This document shows positions 1 to 8,754 of a stretch of 64,000 nucleotides of DNA, one piece after another. The notes beneath the pieces were generated by a model. The model was not told the DNA's origin, searched no databases, and worked only from the letters and a program-made list of their open reading frames with translations. Positions within the stretch are counted from its first letter, which is position 1, and the number at the start of each line of letters is the position of its first letter. The position numbers and the translations under genes were made by a program. Location: positions 9,419-73,418 of the forward strand of contig JAEOTC010000076.1 in the NCBI GenBank assembly GCA_016840035.1, in the 5' to 3' direction. The stretch comes from Candidatus Hodarchaeota archaeon (GTDB lineage: Archaea; Asgardarchaeota; Heimdallarchaeia; Hodarchaeales; Hodarchaeaceae).

Positions 1-1123
1 AGATAATAATTTCATCAGTTGTAAAATTTGGGCCAATTACAGTTCCTTCACTAAGCTGAGAACCTGCTGGGATTAACACACCATTACATACAACAGTATT
101 TTTCATCTTTACGTTTTCCTCGATAACTACATCATCCCAAATGACAGAAGCTTCAATTTCACAGTTATTCCCAATTGAAACACGATCCCCGATAACACTA
201 TGCCCTCTGATGGTTGTATTTGATCCAAGAGTAATTTCGTCACCCAATGCTGCAGGAGGTTCTATAACAGTACCACTGGGTAGGGATGGATATTTATGGT
301 TTATCCAGACATTATTTTCCTCGGAAGTAGCCCTAGGAAAATAAGGAAAAGCCCACCTTCGTAAGACATCCCAATTTGTGTATAAGTAAGTCTGGGGATT
401 TCCTGCGTCCATCCAGTAATATGAAAGATTCTCAGCCCATCCATAAATGCCATATTCACGAGCTAAATAAGGAAAAACATCTTTTCCAAAGTCCATCAGA
501 TCATCCAAGGATTCTAAAATCCCTAATACATCATGTTTGAACGCATAGATTCCTGTATTTACTAAATTGGATTGAAGTCGAATTGTTTCCTTTTTGGAAA
601 ACGTCAATGTTGCTAAACTTAATTCTTGAGGAATAGGCTTTTCGAGGAAGAGCAAAATTCGCGAATCCTGATTTAACATAATAACTCCAAAAGCTCTTGG
701 TTGAGCTACATCTTTCAAAGTTATACTAGCAATTCCATTCTTCTCCTGATGGAAAGCCATGAAATCTTGCAGAGGAATGTTGGTTACAATATCAGCCATT
801 GAAACAATAAAATTATCAGTATCGATATAATTTGCGGATTTGCGAACTGCATCCGCGGTATCTAAGGGATCAAATACGGGTAATACTATATCTAAATCAC
901 TGAAATGATCATTTTCCTTAAAATATTGAATGATTTCTTCCCGCATATATCTAGTAATAATTGCTATCTTACCAGTTATTCCAGCTTTTCGCAATAATTC
1001 CAAGTTATAATCAATCATTGGCTTATTGGCAACAGGAACTAGTGGTTTGGGAATATTATGAGTTAAGGGTCTTAATCGCGATCCGATTCCTCCTGCGAGG
1101 ACAATAGCACTCCATTCAGTCAT
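1..1123 (-). CDS. Sugar-1-phosphate nucleotidyltransferase with C-terminal left-handed beta-helix (GlmU/ST0452-like); 3' end runs off the window
   Basis: Own translation of the minus strand from ATG 1123..1121 gives MTEWSAIVLAGGIGSRLRPLTHNIPKPLVPVANKPMIDY (GxGxRL nucleotidyltransferase signature). The frame stays open to base 1, ending ..NTVVCNGVLIPAGSQLSEGTVIGPNF (hexapeptide-repeat style). It is absent from the ORF track because there is no stop codon in the window. Confidence 0.8.
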   Translation of the reverse strand, partial: MTEWSAIVLAGGIGSRLRPLTHNIPKPLVPVANKPMIDYNLELLRKAGITGKIAIITRYMREEIIQYFKENDHFSDLDIVLPVFDPLDTADAVRKSANYIDTDNFIVSMADIVTNIPLQDFMAFHQEKNGIASITLKDVAQPRAFGVIMLNQDSRILLFLEKPIPQELSLATLTFSKKETIRLQSNLVNTGIYAFKHDVLGILESLDDLMDFGKDVFPYLAREYGIYGWAENLSYYWMDAGNPQTYLYTNWDVLRRWAFPYFPRATSEENNVWINHKYPSLPSGTVIEPPAALGDEITLGSNTTIRGHSVIGDRVSIGNNCEIEASVIWDDVVIEENVKMKNTVVCNGVLIPAGSQLSEGTVIGPNFTTDEIII

Positions 1124-1262
1124 CCATGGTAAACTCCGACAAGACCGCGTTTAATCTGTGATTGATATTCTTACTCCTTCTATCAAATCTCTTGAAGGAT
1201 AAAAAATCCTCTAAGGTTAAAAATTCTACGTTGATAAACAAAAGAGATTCATTACTTATCAA

Positions 1263-1484
1263 TCAAAAATTCTTTCTGAAGTAGATCCTCCAGTGGCGTT
1301 GACACAAACGCTCTTCACAGGTAGAGCAGTCATATTCATCCCCACTGTCTGCGTGTTTTTTCTTATAACATGTATACGCGTTGCACATGGCTGGTTTCCC
1401 ACAGAATTGACACTCCTGTACATCAGCTTCAGGCCTTGGTTCGTCATGTAATGTTTTATTTTTTTGTATAATCAGTGTTATCAC
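1263..1484 (-). CDS. Small Cys-rich (zinc-ribbon-like) hypothetical protein
   Basis: 73-aa ORF with CxxC..C..C..CxxC..C spacing (CQFCGK..CNAYTC..CSTCEERLC). No family recognised. Confidence 0.3.
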   Translation of the reverse strand: MITLIIQKNKTLHDEPRPEADVQECQFCGKPAMCNAYTCYKKKHADSGDEYDCSTCEERLCQRHWRIYFRKNF

Positions 1485-1740
1485 CTAAATTGGTATTGTA
1501 TAGAAATAAGGCTTGATGATTCACAGAGTTTCTTCATTCTTCCCCCAGAGATTCATTCGTCCTTTATCCTCTTACATGGAGGGCTTAAATTAGAGGTTTT
1601 TAAGAGTTTTCTTAAATTCTTGGAAAAAAGAGTTCTTATGGGTTTGAAACCCTATGATTTAAAAATATCAAAAGATCTAAATTATTAACTAACGAGACTT
1701 GTCCAGATTAAATTCTCACAATCAATCTTAGTGGTTTTTC

Positions 1741-2484
1741 ATGCAAGAGGAAAAAGTTCCGATGAACGAAGGCAATGAAGACAAAAAACCCTCTCTCGAC
1801 CTTGATGAAAAAGATATTATCATCAATGATTTACGTGAAGAAATTGAGCGCATGAAAAACAAATCACAATCAAAACTCAATGAAGCTTTTGGTGATTCTA
1901 CTAATCTTGAAAAACAACTACAAGAAAGTCAAGATGTTCTCTGTAATGTCAAATCTGATCTTCAAACGGAGAAGGCAAAATCTGAAGTTTTAATTGCCGA
2001 GAAAGCAGATTTAGAAAAACAAATCGAAGAAATGACTGCGATTATTAATCAGAAAGAATCAACCGATGAGTCCTATCTCCAGCAAATTGCTAAAATGCAA
2101 CAACTGCTTCAAGATACGGAACAGGAGATAGAGAGCATCGAAGCCGGTCATATAGCTATCCAAAATCAGCTTCAAGAGGAAATAAAACGAACTGAAGATC
2201 GATATGGGCAAGTGAGTGAAGATTTGACTCGAGAATCATCTAGTACACACGCACAAGACATTCTCATTCGTACGGTTCTCCAGGAGACTGAACTAGGTAA
2301 AATTACAATGTTCATTGTAGATTATTTTGAAAATCCAAAGAGAAAAGTTCTTGCAAGAGAAACGATAGCCACAGAGTTACAAATTGCCCCAATAATAATC
2401 CGATCTCATCTTAGATTGCTACATGGGTTAGGTGTTTTAGCATTCAACGAAGTTAGTGGGGAAGTAAAACTCGTTAGACAATAA
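1741..2484 (+). CDS. Coiled-coil protein with C-terminal winged-helix-like domain, function unknown
   Basis: About 180 aa of E/Q/K-rich heptad-like sequence, followed by ..ARETIATELQIAPIIIRSHLRLLHGLGVLAFNEVSGEVKLV (HTH plus wing pattern). Confidence 0.6.
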   Translation: MQEEKVPMNEGNEDKKPSLDLDEKDIIINDLREEIERMKNKSQSKLNEAFGDSTNLEKQLQESQDVLCNVKSDLQTEKAKSEVLIAEKADLEKQIEEMTAIINQKESTDESYLQQIAKMQQLLQDTEQEIESIEAGHIAIQNQLQEEIKRTEDRYGQVSEDLTRESSSTHAQDILIRTVLQETELGKITMFIVDYFENPKRKVLARETIATELQIAPIIIRSHLRLLHGLGVLAFNEVSGEVKLVRQ

Positions 2485-2624
2485 TATCCGAGTTGTTTAT
2501 TTTCCTTTTTCATCCATTCATATTTTACTCATTAGGAGAATTACATGAAGAAAATATTACTATACAGCGAGATAAAAAATAATTTTCTCCACCCAAACTA
2601 ATTCGAATGAATTTGTTCCATGAT

Positions 2625-2972
2625 TTACTTTTTGGTAGAAGAATCAAGACGGATGGAATACACGCCATTATTTCCTGCTACCACGGGAGACTTTTCTTTC
2701 TTAGTTTTTCGTTTTAACAAGGTGTCTACGTTAATATCGTAAATCCCAATTTGCCTCTCTCTGATGGTGAGGAACTCCATATCTTCTTTTGAATACAGCG
2801 TTTTATCAGGAGTAAGTGAAGAAACCTTGGGTGTTTCGGGTTGCATTCGTAACCGAAAGAGTCGATGACCACAGGTACAACCAGTGAAGAGCTCATTCGC
2901 TTTTTCTGGAGTCCGATCGCATTTTGCGCATCGATACCGCGTTAAATTAACCTCTCCACTAGTTAAACTCAT
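2625..2972 (-). CDS. Zn-ribbon protein (COG3364/DUF2072-like), third gene of a GTPase triad
   Basis: CAKCDR..(13 aa)..CTCGH zinc ribbon near the N-terminus. It lies directly downstream of the DUF2073-like gene on the same strand. Confidence 0.65.
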   Translation of the reverse strand: MSLTSGEVNLTRYRCAKCDRTPEKANELFTGCTCGHRLFRLRMQPETPKVSSLTPDKTLYSKEDMEFLTIRERQIGIYDINVDTLLKRKTKKEKSPVVAGNNGVYSIRLDSSTKK

Positions 2973-2987
2973 TTATCCACCTTCAAA

Positions 2988-3350
2988 TTAGACAAGAGCA
3001 ATTGATAAGTGTTCATAATTATGGGGAGCAACGACAGTCATCTTGACGTTTTTGTGACTAAATAGGCCTTCTCTCATTCTAAGGGGTGCAGGATTCAGAA
3101 TTTTATATCCCAAGAACTCTTGATGATCGATTTGAGTCATAGCTTCTTCTATTAAGGCTGCTTCTTCTTCAGGACTCAAACCGCCTTCAATTATTACAGC
3201 TGCTTCTTCTTTTAGCTTTGAAATGATGAAGTCACATTTTTGGGTGGAGTTCATCTTCCGTGTGGTGTTTTCTGTCACGAAATTGATACGTAAGTCCACT
3301 TTTTGCACCTCACATTCCTGAAACCGATAGGATACTTCCATACAATTCAT
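2988..3350 (-). CDS. DUF2073-like archaeal protein
   Basis: Core ..KLKEEAAVIIEGGLSPEEEAALIEEAMTQIDHQEFLGYKI.. matches my memory of the DUF2073 pattern (LExGLxPeEExxLIexTM). The start is uncertain: ATG 3350/3341, or GTG 3308 one nt after the GTPase stop. Confidence 0.6.
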   Translation of the reverse strand: MNCMEVSYRFQECEVQKVDLRINFVTENTTRKMNSTQKCDFIISKLKEEAAVIIEGGLSPEEEAALIEEAMTQIDHQEFLGYKILNPAPLRMREGLFSHKNVKMTVVAPHNYEHLSIALV

Positions 3351-3993
3351 TCATTCCTGATCCGTCTTTTGCAGAGATTGGGATAATATCACTCTGAAAA
3401 GTTTCTTTGACAAGTTCTGGATCAGCATCAGCTAAATCAGATTTATTAGCGGCTACGATAATGGGTATCCTTCTAGCTTCAAGATTTCCTATTACTGTCC
3501 AATTTATTTGATCAAATGGGGCACGAGCTGCATCAACAACTACTATGGCTGCATCCATTTTATCTAAGCTTTGAATCGCCTTAATTACTCCACGAGTTGC
3601 TTCTTTTGCTCGTTGAATACTATCTTGTCTTGTTAGTCCGTGTTGTTGAAATTCACGGTAGTCTATTGAGGTAGCAATACCGGGGGTGTCAACAATCGTT
3701 AAATCGAGAGAACCATTCTGGTCACTAATAACACAATGTTCTAGAGCACTGCATTCACGAGTTTCGTGAGGAACAGGGCTTACAACCCCGAGAGGTTCAC
3801 CGTTTCCGCATTCATTTGAGATCCGATTAGCTAAAGTTGTTTTTCCTGCATTAGGTGCTCCTAATATTCCAATTGTAAGTCGACTTTTCCGACTACGGGC
3901 AAATAATCGTGATAAGATACTCAATTTACTATGCCTCCTATTAGGTGTGTAATGATAAACATATTGAGTTAGGTTAGATACTCCCCTTCCCAA
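3310..3993 (-). CDS. Era/EngB-like P-loop GTPase
   Basis: G1 GAPNAGKTT, G3 DTPG, G4 NKSD and G5 SAK all present and in order. Confidence 0.85.
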   Translation of the reverse strand: MGRGVSNLTQYVYHYTPNRRHSKLSILSRLFARSRKSRLTIGILGAPNAGKTTLANRISNECGNGEPLGVVSPVPHETRECSALEHCVISDQNGSLDLTIVDTPGIATSIDYREFQQHGLTRQDSIQRAKEATRGVIKAIQSLDKMDAAIVVVDAARAPFDQINWTVIGNLEARRIPIIVAANKSDLADADPELVKETFQSDIIPISAKDGSGMNELYGSILSVSGM

Positions 3994-4089
3994 TTAATAG
4001 ACAACATATTATGGAGATGTTACACAATTCCGAGAATGAAATTAGATTCTTAACAAGAGGAAGTTAAAATAAGGATCATCGTTCTCTGG

Positions 4090-5448
4090 TTAATCTACCT
4101 TATTAAGCTGTTTTTCTAGATCAAAATCAAGTGGATTACTATAAATGTACTTATGCAATGTTGCTCCGATTATTCTCAGAATTGTGATTAGAAGGAGAAC
4201 CGCTATTAATACTGATTCGAACTCAGGGTCTTTATCTGTGATACTAAAGATTATCAGAAGAATTTCTACTAAAAATCCCGCAGCCAAGGAACCTGTAAAT
4301 GCCAATACTCCCTCTAAAGTTAGTAATATTGAATAATAACGAGCGCGTGTTTCAGCAGTTGAACAATCCAGTGAATAAGAGGAAATTGCGGTATCTTCTG
4401 CACCAAATGCCAATCCACCTGGAATATTGACTAGGAGTAAAAACCACACGTTTCCTGTCACTAATCCAGCGGCATAACCAAAAGGTACGAGTGCATATCC
4501 AAATCGTGAAAAAATGATCACAATTTTCTTTCCATATCGATCTGCAAGAATTCCCCCAACCGATTGCCCAAATCCTCTCGGTAAATTAAAAACAGCCCAT
4601 AAAATTGCTACTACTAGCCATGTATTGGCTAATTTGAGGGTTACATAAGGTAAAAGAGGCCACAACATGCTCATACAAAATTTGAAGAAACTATTAATCG
4701 GGAGTAATCGACGAAATGGTTCATTTCGACGTATTAAGTCTTTTGTGGGAAGATGGAGTTCTTGTTCTATGAAAGTCTTTTTTCGAATGGAATATTTCTC
4801 TTTTAAAAATAATTCACTGACTAAAGCAATTGCAAAAATAACCCCGCCAGTTATAAAGGGTATGAAAAAAACTGGTTTACTTTCTGCATAGAATATCGCT
4901 TCTGATGGGAATGGAAGTGATGTACTGTCCATCCACCAACCTAATCCAAGAATTACAAAAAGAGAACTCCAGGTCCCAATAGAATTGATAAATCCAATAA
5001 ATGAGGCTCGTTTTTCTTCAGAGGTATAATCTCCAAGAAAAGCAATCCATGCTGGAATAAAACTGAATCCTAACGAAGTCATCACCATAGAGATCAAAAC
5101 GAGTTCAAAAGGATTGGTAACAAAAGGAGTAAGAATTATGGTTAAAGCTAATGTTGCTAATCCAATGGTCATGACTAGTTTACGTCCTTTCAAATCAGCA
5201 AGCCACCCCCATATAGATTGAAATAAATTAGATCCTAAATTCCTTACTGATGTCAAAATAGATAGCTCTAAAGGACTTGCTCCAATGACGACTCCGAAAT
5301 ACGAAAGATAAGTAAAAATTGATGATCTTCCAGCCGCCCACGCAATACTTGTTGTGTAGATTGGTATTTTCTCCCTTCTCTCTGATGGTTTTTTTTCTAA
5401 CTCTGAGCTTCCATTTTGTGAGACATTCAAAGCTTTATCGACACTCAT
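4090..5448 (-). CDS. MFS transporter
   Basis: About 12 predicted TM helices. MFS loop motifs LADLKGRKLVM and GGILADRYGKKIVI are present. ATG at 5448 is preferred over the TTG at 5556. Confidence 0.8.
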   Translation of the reverse strand: MSVDKALNVSQNGSSELEKKPSERREKIPIYTTSIAWAAGRSSIFTYLSYFGVVIGASPLELSILTSVRNLGSNLFQSIWGWLADLKGRKLVMTIGLATLALTIILTPFVTNPFELVLISMVMTSLGFSFIPAWIAFLGDYTSEEKRASFIGFINSIGTWSSLFVILGLGWWMDSTSLPFPSEAIFYAESKPVFFIPFITGGVIFAIALVSELFLKEKYSIRKKTFIEQELHLPTKDLIRRNEPFRRLLPINSFFKFCMSMLWPLLPYVTLKLANTWLVVAILWAVFNLPRGFGQSVGGILADRYGKKIVIIFSRFGYALVPFGYAAGLVTGNVWFLLLVNIPGGLAFGAEDTAISSYSLDCSTAETRARYYSILLTLEGVLAFTGSLAAGFLVEILLIIFSITDKDPEFESVLIAVLLLITILRIIGATLHKYIYSNPLDFDLEKQLNKVD

Positions 5449-5615
5449 GAGGTAGAACAAATCCCGTACAGTTATTTTTCCGTGTGTTAATGGAAAATCT
5501 AAATGGAAAATCAAAAACCCAGAACATTTTTTGCAGAAGTCAGAGGGATTAATCAATATTCGTATCTTGACAGATCTTAGTTTCTACAAACAAATTTCTT
5601 TTCGTGGAAATGAGA

Positions 5616-6767
5616 TTATCCATCATGACGTTCAAAAGCAATATCAAATGCTCTTTTGAGCTTTGACGTGAATCCCTCTGGAGAGCATTTTAGAGCAGAA
5701 GTTTTTGCAATTTTACCCATTTTGAGAATCTCAGATGGATTATCTAAGCAGTAAAGGATTGCTTCTTGAAATGCCTCAACATTATTCGACTCCACCAGGA
5801 GGCCATTCTTCTTATGCTCAATGTAATCTTTTACTCCACCCTCATTAACACCAATTACCGGTCGTGATTGGCTCATTGATTCTATTACAGTTAATCCTTG
5901 TGTTTCTGTATCACTAGGAGTTACCATGAACTCTCCGACTTGGTAATAATGCGGAAGTTTTGAATGGGCCACGAATCCTGTAAAGACCACATTTTTCAAA
6001 TCTAGATTTTCTGCTTGCTTCTTATATGCCTTTAGATGAGGTCCATCACCAATGATGAGAAGAGTAACATCTTTGTGGCGCTTCTCGATATCTTTATAGC
6101 CATCAAGGACTATTTCTAGCTTTTTCTCAAAAGAAACTCTACCACAGTAAGTAATAATGCGATTATTCTCAGGAATGGAATACTTTTGTCTTAGAGAGGA
6201 GTCAAATTCTTCTAATTCCGTTTTTGAAATTTTTGCGTTGAAGAATACCTCAGAAATCATATTTGGTAGTGAATAAACGGGTGGTTTCAGTCCATGTGCT
6301 ATAAGATCATGCTGCAATGTTTTTGATGGTGTTACCACTACATCTGATTGGTTGTAGTAGCGATTTATAAACCACCATACGGCTCCCGCAAAACCTTTAC
6401 TAAATTTTTCTGCTTGAAAACCCCCAACCAGATGTCCAGAATACTTTACCAGATCCGTATGATAAGTATTTACGAGAGGACATTTTTTCAACGACTTAGC
6501 AGCGAATAATGCATACCAACCAGCTGAAAAGGGACCATGTGAGTGAATAATATCAAGATCGTACTTCTTCATTGCCCTATTGAATTCTGAATCTATTAAT
6601 GCCAGATTGTACCCTGGATAATTTGGGATGGGAAAACTTCTAATTCTTACGATGGGTACACCCTTCATTTTGTAGGGAGTGCGTTCCTTCAATTTGGGAG
6701 TAACAAGAACGAATTCATGACCTTCCTTACTCAATGTTTTAATCTCATTTATGATTGAGATTGTCAC
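5616..6767 (-). CDS. GT4-family (GT-B) glycosyltransferase; true 5' end probably upstream of 6767
   Basis: C-terminal donor-binding motif ..TETQGLTVIESMSQSRPVIGVNEGGVKDYIEHKKNGLL.. The conserved N-terminal LRIGIFTDTFVPNINGV is encoded upstream of the first canonical start (see findings). Confidence 0.85.
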   Translation of the reverse strand: MTISIINEIKTLSKEGHEFVLVTPKLKERTPYKMKGVPIVRIRSFPIPNYPGYNLALIDSEFNRAMKKYDLDIIHSHGPFSAGWYALFAAKSLKKCPLVNTYHTDLVKYSGHLVGGFQAEKFSKGFAGAVWWFINRYYNQSDVVVTPSKTLQHDLIAHGLKPPVYSLPNMISEVFFNAKISKTELEEFDSSLRQKYSIPENNRIITYCGRVSFEKKLEIVLDGYKDIEKRHKDVTLLIIGDGPHLKAYKKQAENLDLKNVVFTGFVAHSKLPHYYQVGEFMVTPSDTETQGLTVIESMSQSRPVIGVNEGGVKDYIEHKKNGLLVESNNVEAFQEAILYCLDNPSEILKMGKIAKTSALKCSPEGFTSKLKRAFDIAFERHDG

Positions 6768-6969
6768 ACCATTAATATTGGGTACAAATGTGTCAGTAAA
6801 TATGCCTATTCTCAGGAAAATCGCATCCTACACGTTCTTCTTACCGATATACATATGGCCTGGCTTTCGACTCAGATTGTAGTTGACAAATATCACCTAT
6901 ATTATAACATTGGTGAGATAATATCTCAATAATGTATTATTGAAGAATTTATCCTCTTAGAGAAATCGC

Positions 6970-8754
6970 TTAGATATCCTGTCCAGCAAACTGCTTCTCA
7001 TATAAATCGGTAAAAATTCCTCCTTGAGACATTAATTCTTGAAAGTTTCCCATCTCTACGATTTTCCCTTGATCTAAAACAACAATTTTATCAACAAATC
7101 GAATGGTACTCAATCGATGAGCAATTACAAGAGCAGTTCTGTTTTGTAGAATGTTTTTCATACTTTGTTGAATTACAAGCTCGGTATGAGCATCAACGGA
7201 GGATGTAGCTTCATCGAGAATCAGTATCCTTGGATTAGCTAGAAGAGCTCGAGCAAAACATATGAGTTGGCGTTCTCCCATTGATAGTCGAGAACCCCTC
7301 TCTCCAACTTCGAAGTCTAGTCCTTTACTCATTGTGAAGTCATATGCACCTACTTTAAGAAGAGCTCGCTCAATTTCTTCATCAGAAGCGTTAGGATTCC
7401 CATATAGTAGATTATTCTTAATACTGTCACTGAATAAAAAACTATCTTGAGGAATGATAGCAATATTTTGACGATAATTTTCTATATTACATTCTCGTAT
7501 GTCGACATCATCTAGTGTTATAGATCCATCCTCAAAGTCATAGAATCGCAATAACAAACTAGCAAGAGTGGTTTTTCCTGCTCCAGTATGACCTACTAGT
7601 GCAAAAGTCTGTTGAGGAGGAATCAAAAGAGAAAAATCTGTTAAGACTGGTTCTGAGGTCGATAGATATCGAAAGGTTACATTCTCAAATTCCAGTTTAC
7701 CTGAAACCTCTGATAGAAACTTATTATCTCTGGAAATTACTTGAGGTTTACTATCTAAAATATCAAAGATTCTCTCTATAGCAGCCATAGAACTTAATAA
7801 ATTATTATAAAAGTTTGATAACACCATGATTGGTGTTGATAATCGTGTAATATACGATAGGAAAGCAACCAACGTTCCTGGAGATATCAATTCCTGACCC
7901 ACAGAATATCCGCCTACAGAAAGAACCAAGGCTGTTCCTATTGTTAATAATAAATCCATGAGAGGGAACATTATTGCAAAAAGGATTAATGCACGAATTC
8001 GTGCCTGGTAATTATCAAGATTAAGTGTATTAAATTCATCAGTGACAAAGTCTTCGGCTGAAAGGGCTTTCGTGACAGTTATTCCACTTATCGCCTCTTG
8101 ATAATAACCTGTTACTTTTGCTAATGTGCGTCTTGTCCGTTGCCATGCAGCTCTTGATTTAATTCGGAAATAAACAATTGCCACCGCAAGGAAGGGGAAA
8201 AATACGATGACAGTTAAGGTTAAAGCAACATCGAGTGAAAACAGGATAACAAACAAGAATCCTAGAAACATGAAATTTACAACGGCATCAATTATCCCAG
8301 TAGAAAGTAAATTTAGTAATCTCTCGACATCATTAGTCACCCTAGACACGATACGTCCAGTTGCTTCTTTGTCATAGTAATCCATACTGAGCTCTTGTAA
8401 TTGGTAAAAGGCTTCTTCACGAATCTGTGTAATTATCTTTAATCCTGTTATGGTAGTGATATAACTCGTAATTACGGCCAACAAAAATGAAAATACGGTT
8501 ACTGAGAAGTAAATTATGGCAATAGATCCTAACCCCCTTAAATCTGGCACAAGAACGTAATCATCAATAACAGATTTCAATAATAATGGTTGTACGATAG
8601 TCAAGAGTGTAGATAATAGCATACCCACTAATGCAATAGAGAAAATCTTTCGATGGGGCACTGTATACCCGAGTAATCTTTTGAATAACTCAAAATCGGA
8701 ATACTCGTGGTGCAATAAATCTCGTTGATCTTGCCTTTCTGCCATATTATTCAT
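6970..8754 (-). CDS. ABC exporter, fused permease/ATPase half-transporter (type I exporter)
   Basis: Six-TM N-terminal domain. Walker A GHTGAGKTT, signature LSMGERQ, Walker B ILILDEATS. Confidence 0.9.
   Translation of the reverse strand: MNNMAERQDQRDLLHHEYSDFELFKRLLGYTVPHRKIFSIALVGMLLSTLLTIVQPLLLKSVIDDYVLVPDLRGLGSIAIIYFSVTVFSFLLAVITSYITTITGLKIITQIREEAFYQLQELSMDYYDKEATGRIVSRVTNDVERLLNLLSTGIIDAVVNFMFLGFLFVILFSLDVALTLTVIVFFPFLAVAIVYFRIKSRAAWQRTRRTLAKVTGYYQEAISGITVTKALSAEDFVTDEFNTLNLDNYQARIRALILFAIMFPLMDLLLTIGTALVLSVGGYSVGQELISPGTLVAFLSYITRLSTPIMVLSNFYNNLLSSMAAIERIFDILDSKPQVISRDNKFLSEVSGKLEFENVTFRYLSTSEPVLTDFSLLIPPQQTFALVGHTGAGKTTLASLLLRFYDFEDGSITLDDVDIRECNIENYRQNIAIIPQDSFLFSDSIKNNLLYGNPNASDEEIERALLKVGAYDFTMSKGLDFEVGERGSRLSMGERQLICFARALLANPRILILDEATSSVDAHTELVIQQSMKNILQNRTALVIAHRLSTIRFVDKIVVLDQGKIVEMGNFQELMSQGGIFTDLYEKQFAGQDI

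Noticed and set aside
141-344. 67-aa plus-strand ORF at the window start.
   Set aside because: It is antisense to the LbH domain of the nucleotidyltransferase, whose frame is open across the whole region and carries convincing motifs.
2545-2601. 18-codon micro-ORF (MKKILLYSEIKNNFLHPN) preceded by AGGAGA in the 1741/2625 convergent spacer.
   Set aside because: It is too short to evaluate, its composition is typical of AT-rich spacer, and nothing supports translation.
6836-6850. 15-mer TTCTTCTTACCGATA shared between 6836..6850 and 19426..19440 (both in spacers).
   Set aside because: A handful of exact matches of this length are expected by chance in 64 kb of AT-rich DNA on two strands, and there is no flanking similarity.
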